Assembly: GCA_046563655.1 (NCBI GenBank)
Contig: CM102287.1
Span: 3,534,001-3,598,000, forward strand
Direction: 5' to 3'
Origin: Yuukianura sp. NJ FZ-2021
Lineage: Eukaryota
Length of the DNA: 64,000 nt
In this document: positions 38,725 to 50,189 of the stretch, one piece after another
Position numbering within the stretch: the stretch's first letter is position 1
Layout: the number at the start of each line of letters is the position of its first letter
Notes under the pieces: generated by a model
Database searches by the model: none
Told to the model about the DNA's origin: nothing
The model's input: only the letters and a program-made list of their open reading frames with translations
Made by a program: the position numbers and the translations under genes

Positions 38725-41700
38725 AGAACTTGTGAATGCATTGGCAGTTCACTAAATAATTTGTGAACATATAATGATATTATGATGGAAGTGGAAAGCT
38801 TGTGAACACATCGGTAGTTCACTAAATAATAAGTGACCATTTTGTGACTTCATAATCAAGTTGTTCACACTTATTAAGTAGCGAAAGTAATTTGTGAGCA
38901 TAGCTTTATGTAAATATATAACATGTGAACACATTTGTAGTTCACTAAATAATTTGTGAACATCCGTCTGATGTAAGTACAAGCTAGCTCTGTGAACACA
39001 TTGGCAGTTCAGTAGCTAATTTGTGAACATATTATGATATTATAATGTAATTTGAAAACTTGTGAAAACATTGCTGGTTCACTAAATAATTAGTGACCAT
39101 TTTGTGACTTCATAAGGTCAATTTGTTCACACTTATTTAGTTCACTAAATAATTTGTGAACATAGTGTGATGTAAGTACAAAACTTGTGAACAATTTTGT
39201 AGTTCACTAAATAACTTTTGTGAACATAGTCTGGTGTAAGTTTAGAACTTGTGAACACAGTTGCAGCTCACTAAATAATTTGTAAACATATTATGATCTT
39301 ATAAGTTGCAATTAGAAAACTTGTGAACACTCTTGGTGGTTCACTAAATAATTAGTGAACATTGGAGCGATTTCATAATTAAGTTATTCACACTTATTTA
39401 GTTCACTAAATTACTTGTAAACATAGTGTCGTAGTAAATATAAACATGTGAGCACATGTTGTCCAGTTCACTAAATAATTTGTGAACATAGTTTGGTGTA
39501 GGTAAAGAACTTGTGAACACATTGGTAGTTCACTAAATAATTAGTGACCATTTTGTGACTTCATAATCAAGTTGTTCATCTCATTGTGGTGAACAACTTT
39601 TGTTAAGGTGACCTTGACCTTTGACTTACGGTTCCAGAGATACTGACAATTTAAGTTTCGAAATGGCGCCCCTCGTCCTACTCAGGAAAGTATGACCTAC
39701 TTTGTGTTTTCCTCCGAGTCTGTCTGTCTGTCGGCCTGTCTGTCTGTCTGCACTAGAACTACTATACCCTCGACACCATTGGACCGATTTGCAATCTGGC
39801 TTGCAAATCAGTTTATCATAGCCTGGGGGTGATTAATGCGGCTCCGGTTTGACCGGAAGTCGACAATTTCCGGGTTGTCACTAGCTTCCTTTCGCTACTT
39901 ACGTACGGCGTTTACAACGGTTTATTTAGTTCACTAAATAATTTGTGAACATAGCTTGAGCTAAATATATAACATGTGAACACATTTGTAGTTCACTAAA
40001 TAATTTGTGAACATAGTTTGGTGTAAGTAAAGAACTTGTGAACACATTGGTAGTTCACTAAATAATTAGTGACCATTTTGTGACTTCATAATCAAGTTGT
40101 TCACACTTATTTAGTTCACTAAATAATTTGTGAGCATAGCTTGAGGTAAATATATAACATGTGAACACATTTGTAGTTTACTAAATAATTTGTGAACATA
40201 GTGTGATGTAAGTACAAAACTTGTGAACACATTGGCAGTTCAGTAGCTAATTTGTGAACATATTATGATATTATAATGTAATTTGAAAACTTGTGAAAAC
40301 ATTGCTGGTTCACTAAATAATTAGTGACCATTTTGTGACTTCATAATCAATTTGTTCACACTTATTTAGTTCACTAAATAATTTGTGAACATAGTGTGAT
40401 GTAAGTACAAAACTTGTGAACAATTTTGTAGTTCACTAAATAATTTGTGAACATAGTCTGGTGTAAGTTTAGAACTTGTGAACACAGTTGCAGCTCACTA
40501 AATAATTTGTAAACATATTATGATATTATAATGCAATTAGAAAACTTGTGAACACATTGGTGGTTCACTAAATAATTAGTGAACATTTTGCGATTTCATA
40601 ATTAAGTTATTCACACTTATTTAGTTCACTAAATTACTTGTAAACATAGTTCGTAGTAAATATAAACATGTGAGCACATTTGTAGTTCACTAAATAATTT
40701 GTGAACATAGTTTGGTGTAAGTAAAGAACTTGTGAACACATTGGTAGTTCACTAAATAATTAGTGACCATTTTGTGACTTCATAATCAAGTTGTTCACAC
40801 TTATTTAGTTCACTAAATAATTTGTGAGCATAGCTTGAGGTAAATATATAACATGTGAACACATTTGTAGTTTACTAAATAATTTGTGAACATAGTGTGA
40901 TGTAAGTACAAAACTTGTGAACAATTTTGTAGTTCACTAAATAATTTGTGAACATAGTCTGGTGTAAGTTTAGAACTTGTGAACACAGTTGCAGTTCACT
41001 AAATAATTTGTAAACATATTATGATATTATAATGCAATTAGAAAACTTGTGAACACATTGGTGGTTCACTAAATAATTAGTGAACATTTTGCGATTTCAT
41101 AATTAAGTTATTCACACTTATTTAGTTCACTAAATTACTTGTAAACATAGTTCGTAGTAAATATAAACATGTGAGCACATTTGTAGTTCACTAAATAATT
41201 TGTGAACATAGTTTGGTGTAAGTAAAGAACTTGTGAACACATTGGTAGTTCACTAAATAATTAGTGACCATTTTGTGACTTCATAATCAAGTTGTTCACA
41301 CTTATTTAGTTCACTAAATAATTTGTGAGCATAGCTTGAGGTAAATATATAACATGTGAACACATTTGTAGTTTACTAAATAATTTGTGAACATAGTGTG
41401 ATGTAAGTACAAAACTTGTGAACACATTGGCAGTTCAGTAGCTAATTTGTGAACATATTATGATATTATAATGTAATTTGAAAACTTGTGAAAACATTGC
41501 TGGTTCACTAAATAATTAGTGACCATTTTGTGACTTCATAATCAATTTGTTCACACTTATTTAGTTCACTAAATAATTTGTGAACATAGTGTGATGTAAG
41601 TACAAAACTTGTGAACAATTTTGTAGTTCACTAAATAATTTGTGAACATAGTCTGGTGTAAGTTTAGAACTTGTGAACACAGTTGCAGCTCACTAAATAA

Positions 41701-44700
41701 TTTGTAAACATATTATGATATTATAATGCAATTAGAAAACTTGTGAACACATTGGTGGTTCACTAAATAATTAGTGAACATTTTGCGATTTCATAATTAA
41801 GTTATTCACACTTATTTAGTTCACTAAATTACTTGTAAACATAGTTCGTAGTAAATATAAACATGTGAGCACATTTGTAGTTCACTAAATAATTTGTGAA
41901 CATAGTTTGGTGTAAGTAAAGAACTTGTGAACACATTGGTAGTTCACTAAATAATTAGTGACCATTTTGTGACTTCATAATCAAGTTGTTCACACTTATT
42001 TAGTTCACTAAATAATTTGTGAGCATAGCTTGAGGTAAATATATAACATGTGAACACATTTGTAGTTTACTAAATAATTTGTGAACATAGTTTGGTGTAA
42101 GTAAAGAACTTGTGAACACATTGGTAGTTCACTAAATAATTAGTGACCATTTTGTGACTTCATAATCAAGTTGTTCACACTTATTTAGTTCACTAAATAA
42201 TTTGTGAGCATAGCTTGAGGTAAATATATAACATGTGAACACATTTGTAGTTTACTAAATAATTTGTGAACATAGTGTGATGTAAGTACAAAACTTGTGA
42301 ACATATTACATATTATGATATTATAATGTAATTTGAAAACTTGTGAAAACATTGCTGGTTCACTAAATAATTTGTGACCATTTTGTGACTTCATAATCAA
42401 TTTGTTCACATTTAGTTAGTTCACTAAATAATTTGTGAACATAGCTTGAGGTAAATATATACCATGTGAACACATTTGTCGTTCACTAAATAATTTGTGA
42501 ACATAGTTTGGTGTAAGTTTAGAACTTGTGAACACAGTTGCAGTTCACTAAATAATCTGTGAACATATTATGATATTATAATGCAATTAGAAAACTTGTG
42601 AACACATTGGTGGTTCACTAAATAATTAGTGACCATTTTGTGACTTCATAATCAAGTTGTTCACACTTATTTAGTTCACTAAATCTAAATAATTTGTGAA
42701 CATAGTTTGGTGTAAGTAAAGAACTTGTGAACACATTGGTAGTTCACTAAATAATTAGTGACCATTTTGTGACTTCATAATCAAGTTGTTCACACTTATT
42801 TAGTTCACTAAATAATTTGTGAACATAGCTTGAGGTAAATATATAACATGTGAACACATTTGTAGTTCACTAAATAATTTGTGAACATAGTATGATGTAA
42901 GTACAAAACTTGTGAACACATTTGTAGTTCACTAAATAATTTGTGAACATAGTATGATGTAAGTACAAAACTTGTGAACACATTGGCAGTTCAGTAGCTA
43001 ATTTGTGAACATATTATGATATTATAATGTAATTTGAAAACTTGTGAAAACATTGCTGGTTCACTAAATAATTAGTGACCATTTTGTGACTTCATAATCA
43101 ATTTGTTCACACTTATTTAGTTCACTAAATAATTTGTGAACATAGTGTGATGTAAGGTTAAGAACTTGTGAACAGAGTGGCAGTTCACTAAATAATTAGT
43201 GACCATTTTGTGACTTCATAATCAAGTTGTTCACACTTATTTAGTTCACTAAATAATTTGTGAACACAGCTTGAGGTAAATATATAACATGTGAACACAT
43301 TTGTAGTTCACTAAATAATTTGTGAACATAGTATGATGTAAGTACAAAACTTGTGAACACATTTGTAGTTCACTAAATAATTTGTGAACATAGTTTGTTG
43401 TAAGCATAGAACTTGTGAACGCATTGGCAGTTCAGTAGCTAATTTGTGAACATATTATGATATTATAATGTAATTTGAAAACTTGTGAAAACATTGCTGG
43501 TTCACTAAATAATTAGTGACCATTTTGTGACTTCATAATCAATTTGTTCACACTTATTTAGTTCACTAAATAATTTGTGAACATAGTGTGATGTAAGGTT
43601 AGAACTTGTGAACAGAGTGGCAGTTCACTAAATAATTAGTGACCATTTTGTGACTTCATAATCAAGTTGTTCACACTTATTTAGTTCACTAAATAATTTG
43701 TGAACATAGCTTGAGGTAAATATATAACATGTGAACACATTTGTAGTTCACTAAATAATTTGTGAACATAGTATGATGTAAGTACAAAACTTGTGAACAA
43801 TTTTGTAGTTCACTAAATAATTTGTGAACATAGTCTGGTGTAAGTTTAGAACTTGTGAACACAGTTGCAGTTCACTAAATAATTTGAAAACATTATGATA
43901 TTATAATGCAATTAGAAAACTTGTGAACACATTGGTGGTTCACTAAATAATTAGTGACCATTTTGTGACTTCATAATCAAGTTGTTCACACTTATTTAGT
44001 TCACTAAATAATTTGTGAACATAGTTTGGTGTAAGTAAAGAACTTGTGAACACATTGGTAGTTCACTAAATAATTAGTGACCATTTTGTGACTTCATAAT
44101 CAAGTTGTTCACACTTACTTAGTTCACTAAATAATTTGTGAACATAGCTTGAGGTAAATATATAACATGTGAACACATTTGTAGTTCACTAAATAATTTG
44201 TGAGCATAGTTTGTTGTAAGCATAGAACTTGTGAACGCATTGGCAGTTCAGTAGCTAATTTGTGAACATATTATGATATTATAATGTAATTTGAAAACTT
44301 GTGAAAACATTGCTGGTTCACTAAATAATTAGTGACCATTTTGTGACTTCATAATCAATTTGTTCACACTTATTTAGTTCACTAAATAATTTGTGAACAT
44401 AGTGTGATGTAAGTACAAAACTTGTGAACACATTTAAATAATTTGTGAACATAGTCTGGTGTAAGTTTAGAACTTGTGAACACAGTTGCAGTTCACTAAA
44501 TAATTTGTAAACATTATGATATTATAATGCAATTAGAAAACTTGTGAACACATTGGTGGTTCACTAAATAATTAGTGACCATTTTGTGACTTCATAATCA
44601 ATTTGTTCACACTTATTTAGTTCACTAAATAATTTGTGAACATGGTGTGATGTAAGTACAAAACTTGTGAACACATTTGTAGTTCACTAAATAATTTGTG

Positions 44701-44960
44701 AACATAGTTTGGTGTAAGTTTAGAACTTGTGAACAGAGTGGCAGTTCACTAAATAATCTGTGAACATATTATGATTTTATGATGTAAGTAGAAAACTTGT
44801 GAACACATTGGTAGTTCACTAAATAATTAGTGAGCTTTTTGTGATTTCAGTAATCAAGTTATTCACACTTATTTAGCTCACTAAATTACTTGTAAAAATA
44901 GTTTGTGGTAAATATAAAACTTGTGAACACATTGGCCGTTCACTAAATAATTTGTGAACA
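38725..44960. repeat. AT-rich satellite array, ~62-bp monomers with higher-order repeats
   Basis: Monomer e.g. AGTTCACTAAATAATTTGTGAACATAGTTTGGTGTAAGTAAAGAACTTGTGAACACATTGGT. The marker TTGAGGTAAA recurs at 40141, 40835, 41336, 42030 and 42215 (spacings 694, 501, 694, 185). Remnants occur at 45506-45532 and 47285-47340. Confidence 0.95.
38871..39922 (+). mobile_element. Helentron-associated non-autonomous element (HINE/DINE-1-like) within the satellite
   Basis: 5' subTIR TAAGTAGCGAAAG (38875) exactly complements the 3' subTIR CTTTCGCTACTTA (39889). (TCTG)n microsatellite at ~39719-39750, 3' hairpin CGTT-TAC-AACG, T-rich flanks. Unique core at 39578-39922. Confidence 0.65.
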
Positions 44961-44991
44961 CGTTCTCATTTTATACTCCATTTGTTTACCC

Positions 44992-45505
44992 TTATTAAGT
45001 AGCGAAGCTATTTATTCGTTTGACCTTTTCTGTCTGTCTGTCTGGCCGTCTCAGGCAATTATCTCGGAAACCGTTCAACATTTCCGGGATCTGTTTTTGC
45101 CGGTGGATACCTAGTGACCCCATGATGTTCACCATTGTATATAATCCCGGTGTAACAACTCCGGGTTAAAAACCGGTTTTATCTCCAGTAACGCGGAGAA
45201 TGAGCACTACAAAAGTTGTTTGTCTCATCGAGACCAGCAACTTTTGTGAACCCCAAGTGCCCTGCATCGGGATCAGAGGTCAATTTTTTTATTTTAACGT
45301 CGTATTACCACGGAGCAGGGAACTCACCTCATTCTCCAAGCCGGAACCCTTCTCCACTACCCTCGGGGGAACCCATCTCCACTCTCCCGGGGAACCCACC
45401 CTCACCCTCCAGCTGAGGGCGGGAAAGTGCTGAGAACTTACCCCCACTACCCCCAGGGAGGCGGGCGCTATCTTCGCTACTTACCTACACCGGTTTACAA
45501 CCGTT
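44992..45505 (+). mobile_element. Helentron-associated non-autonomous element (HINE/DINE-1-like)
   Basis: subTIRs TAAGTAGCGAAG (44996) and CTTCGCTACTTA (45472). (TCTG)n near the 5' end, 3' hairpin CGGTT-TAC-AACCG (45491-45503), TT flanks. Confidence 0.8.
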
Positions 45506-45532
45506 TATTTAGTTCACTAAATAACTTCTGCA

Positions 45533-47284
45533 CAGTGTTGATGGACGCTTAAACTTCCAGTGGCATAATTCCCACTTCCACTGGATATCCACTAGAAGAA
45601 ATGCACCCGAAATGAATGAAGCTTTTAATGTTCGTCTAAAAACGCAAGGTCCTTTGTTTACATAAATTTCGCTGATTTTTAAGTTGTTGCCATACGTTAC
45701 TGGAATGTTGAAAACAATCTGCGCTACATCATTTGTAACCACTAATCATTCGAATCTAAATCATCAAAACTAATATCCGAATCAGAGGAATCGTTTCCAA
45801 GTTCAATAATTATTGGCTGAATGGTGTTCCTGATAAACTCCTCAGCGATTTTTCTCTTTTCCATGATTACGTTTTTCAGTTCCTCCACATGACGACAACA
45901 TGCAGGCCACAGTGGAACTGGAACAATTTCCTCGGAATTCATTAAGCATACGAATTTCTCTTATTTTGAATAATCCGAAATTCTCTTGTCAGTTTCCTAA
46001 CTAACCTAGAAAAAGTAGGACAAACTTGTGAATTAATGGCATGAAAGTACATTTTATCGACTTAGACAAACGAACAGCGAACTTACGTTTAGGGTAGCCT
46101 TTTGCTAACATTTTTCCATTGGAAAGGTATACTTGTTGGATCTAGCTTGCCCGACTTAAATGTTCTCTTGAATTTTTAATTTTTCTTATGTAAATTTTCT
46201 ATGAGTCGATTCGATTAATTCTATTCTCTTCTTTGCTCTTTGCCTTAGGCATTGCAGTAATTAACACAACTAAACTTAAGTGGAATTAATTAACTAACAT
46301 TGAAAAAAGTGAACCAGAAAATGATAAGAGAAAAAACTGACAAAGAAATGATTTTTGTCAAATGCCACTTAATAACCGGCTCATGCGCCGGTGTATACAT
46401 GATTTTGCTCATGCACATCCCAACCCGCGCCGAGGAATTCAAAAATATTCAATTTTGAGAATAAACAAAGGGCCTTGCGTTTTTAGACGAACATTAATGT
46501 ATTAAAGAAATTAGAAATTTAGCGCGAAATTCAAAAATTTGCAAATTTAAAATTACAAAATAATATCTAAAAGAGTTTCTTTCATCGTTTAAGGACGGGT
46601 AACAGGCAACGTTTGTTTACGATTTGGTGTCAGCCATTGCCGTTAGTAACAAAGCAAAATCACTGCTCAAACGTACGAAAGTCGGCACTTTTTTTGAATG
46701 GTTGACGAATCAAAGTTTTCAAAGTACAACATTTCAAATAATCTGGGACTCAACAATCACAGTGTTCCCATGGAGACGGCTAATTTCAGTGCCGACTTTT
46801 GCAAATTTGTAAATTACTGCAGAATTTCATCTACTTTTTCTAATTAGATTTTTATTATAAGACCTAAAAATGCGTTTGAGGTGTCTAAAAATCCGGAAGA
46901 CCATGGCGCTTAAGTCGCCTTGACCAAATTCCCGAATTTTGGTATCATTCGACGCGTAGAAAAAATTGAACTTTGTATTCAATTTTTAGTATCACTTCAC
47001 AACAAAAATTCAAGTTTGCTTCACTGCTCTGTATTCTACAGATAATTACGAATTTTTAGAGCCCTTGTAGACATTTCTACGTTATCCCTGTGACTTCTAA
47101 TTAGGCGTCAAAGTTAATTAATTTGAGGCGAAACGAGACCCACCGTTGCCATGTGTGATTCCTTCTTAACTCAAACTCCGCCGGCTTAGCTCCGCCCCTC
47201 TGAATTTATCCATTTCGTCCATTTCTTCCACTGGATATCCAGCCGTGGACGAAATGTCGAAAAAGTGGGTATCCAGCAACAGTA
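45533..47284. mobile_element. Decayed hAT-like non-autonomous element (CAGTGTTG termini) with cargo
   Basis: Left end CAGTGTTGATGGA, right end GGTATCCAGCAACAGTA, with subterminal CCACTGGATATCCA motifs. Satellite sequence lies on both sides. The possible TSD is decayed (CTTCTGCA vs TTTGTGAA). Confidence 0.5.
45742..46252 (-). pseudogene. Two-exon degenerate cargo gene inside the hAT-like element
   Basis: ATG at 46252 (MPKAKSKEENRINRIDS*), in-frame stops, GTAAG donor at ~46086, and a downstream ORF ending ...IIIELGNDSSDSDISFDDLDSND*. Confidence 0.35.
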
Positions 47285-49547
47285 TTTGTGAACATGTTTG
47301 TAGTTCACTAAATAATTTGTTAACATATTGTGATGTAATGTATGAAATAGTGGAGATAACAACTCAATGACTTAAAAATGTATGAAAATAACGTTGATTG
47401 GAAAGCCCGCCACCCCCGCACCATTCGCATTTTTTAAGGTGGAACCAATGATATAGCCGCATTAAAAAGTATTAATTACTTACGACTCCAAAAATTGAAA
47501 AGTAACCACTTAGAACGGAATTTGCAATCAATAGTTTGTCAAAAGTAAGAGTGTGGCACAAATAGTGTGTAAGGCAGATAGATTTCAAGTAAATCTCCAC
47601 GATCTGTCAACTTTAACTGACACTCACTATAAAGCGAACACATTGAACCGAATTCTTCCGAGGTTGCTTTATTCCGGCGAAATTGAGGTCACCTTGAAGG
47701 TTGCTTCAAATTACATTCCACATCAAGACACATAGAATTTACGACGCAATAAAATGCTATCTACTTCCAACATACGATACACCACGAACTCGTTAAAATA
47801 TTTGGAGTATGTTTGGACAAACGTATGGAGAGCTTACACAGGATGACTTCCAATTCCCTGTACTAATATTTCAATTATGTGTCACATTAGCGTATGCATC
47901 TACTACTTCGAATAGAACACAGTATAAGTGGAATAGGTATTGAACAATTCTTCTCACGAAGCGACTAATTTAAACGAGCAAATGCAATGCAAACTACTTC
48001 TGCTGGCGCCAGTTCGTAGAAACTTTTCTAAACTGTTGTAATAAATGTCTCATCAAAATCAATCCCTTTCTTCTGTTTCAAGTATACAAAACAGTAAATA
48101 CTGTAATAACAGTTTAAGATAAGGAGTCCCGTTGTACTCATTAAAGTGTTTTTTTGTTACTGGGCTTACACAAATGAAGGAAAGGAAAACAATGAATGAC
48201 AATCTTTAGAATAAGTGTTTAACAACAATTTAATGCCTTTGCGGAAGAGGGACAAACTAGAAATTGCAATTTGGGTTTTAATGGGCAACGCGATGCGTAT
48301 TAGCTTTTCTGCTGAAATCGGACAACATCAAAAAACTAAATCGGTCTGAAAACCCGTTTTTTTCGCGTGATTTTGTATGTTTGATGACCAGACATGACAA
48401 GAATATTTTCTCTCCATGCGCTCACTGCACTGTTAAGGGGAAAAAATATTTCGGAATTCTTGATAGTCTATATTTACTTATTTTCCATTACCTTAATGTT
48501 AAATAAGTAAATATTTCAAGGTTTCTGAGAAAAAATATTGAGTAACCAGTTATAAAAACTCGCTCTGATTGGCTAACTCCTCTATCCTCCTCCCACTGTT
48601 ACCGTAAAACTTCAGTTGGTGAGCACAAGGGTTATTTTGAGATTAGCTTAACCACTTCGATCTTGGCGTAATAATTGCAAATTCACCAACTCACTACTAA
48701 CTTAAAATGGCTAATAATGAAACACAAGCTAGTTATTAGCAAGTAAACTTTAAGTGAAGAGGAAGAGAGGAAGAGTGAGTGAACTGTTAAGATTAAGTAA
48801 ACAAATGACAGATCAGCTGTTTACATTTTTCCCTCCACTCGTTGGAGTTTCACGGTAGAAGTGGAAGGAGCAAGAGTGGGAGCGTCAGTTTTTATAACTG
48901 GTGGAATCCTGTATTTAAATATTTTGCCGATTTTTAGAAAATAATTTTTATGTGTAACCTAAAATTCAGCCGCGTTTGCCATCAAAGGACGCTATGGAAT
49001 CTTCCACTTTTGCATCGGCCCTAATTTTTTTTTGGCACTTTTGATCGGCCGCTATTGGATTATTCACTTGTGGATCCGCCCATATGACCTGCTACGTTAT
49101 TGAACAACCTGTTGTAGAAAACACAATTTGGATGTCAAGACTTAGTGAGCCACAGCTAACGTGAGGTTAAACGTCAAATTAACTAGGTATCTATTTCTAT
49201 CTAAAATCTATCACCATCGAAATTAACTAACTTAACGTTGAACTTAACCATGTTAAGTTACTATAGTAGGGCCGTTTTCAAGATCGTTATTACGTGTTTT
49301 TCCTTCTTTTAGCTCAATGAGAAAAAACACGTGTCAGTGGAATAGTCAGACCCTAGTTTTTCTTGTTAAGCAAATGACCATACGGTACTGGGATGTTTTT
49401 TTTTCAGATCACACGGTTTTTTTTTGTTCCCAGGCTTATTAGCACGGGCAACTTTTTTTGATTTTGCGACTTCTTCAACGTTTCCCTTTCTGTTGCCATG
49501 AACGAATCTAACGACGCTGAATAGGATTTAATTTAAGAACTAAAACT

Positions 49548-50189
49548 ATGACAGAGGACTCAACAGAAGCAGCGGGTTCGGTAGTTGTCGAAGTACAAGA
49601 ACGAAATCGTGAGCGTGATAGCACAGGAGAAATGTCAGCGGAAGCCATACGTAAAGCTCGACGGGATAAAATACTGCAGAATCGTGAGGAACGTCTTCAG
49701 AAAATCCTTGGACCTAGTAAGTATATTAAAATTGTAAGTATAGTAGTTCTAGATCCGTTGCATCACAATCAGCAAAGTATCAATGAAAGTATAACTATAT
49801 AATAGTAGTTTCGAACATAGTGATTCCGTACTCAATACTGAATGCCGTCTTGTTTCTTAATAGATAGTGATGCTGCAGCTCATCGAATCGTCGCTTCGAC
49901 ACATCCCGTTGACGATGATGATCCGGTACTTCCGGAGGAATTTCTCACTCTGGATTTCCTACAGAAAGCAAAAGCTCAGAAATTAAATCAGTTTGGTAAT
50001 CAGCAAGGTCAGTTCAAGGCATCTACGACTGCAATTCCTCGTTGGAAGAACTATCGCATCTACTTGACGTTATTGGGATCACTACTTCCGTTTTTCCGTT
50101 TTTCTCCTCCAGCTTCCAAAATATTTAACTGTCCAACGTGTCCACTCAGACTGGCGACATTACCGAGAATTACACAGCATGAACGCTAA
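49548..50189 (+). CDS. CAML/GET2-like protein, apparently 3'-truncated
   Basis: N-terminal basic helix SAEAIRKARRDKILQNREERLQKILG resembles the CAMLG/Get2 TRC40-binding motif. Intron ~49717-49863. A first TM begins (RIYLTLLGSLLPFF), then the sequence runs into the antisense ARMC6 exon. Confidence 0.55.

Noticed and set aside
38752..42409. Minus-strand ORFs in the satellite (38752-38982, 42185-42409) as repeat or zinc-finger proteins
   Set aside because: They are chance frames through a 62-bp (non-triplet) repeat with frequent stops.
38725..44960. CRISPR array (palindromic GTTCAC...GTGAAC repeats with ~40-bp intervening segments)
   Set aside because: The intervening segments are not unique. 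A small set recurs in fixed order and is itself homologous to the repeat half. The context is eukaryotic and no cas genes are present.
47553..48070. Possible coding remnant downstream of the satellite
   Set aside because: Only short frames with no recognisable domain; cannot be supported without a search.
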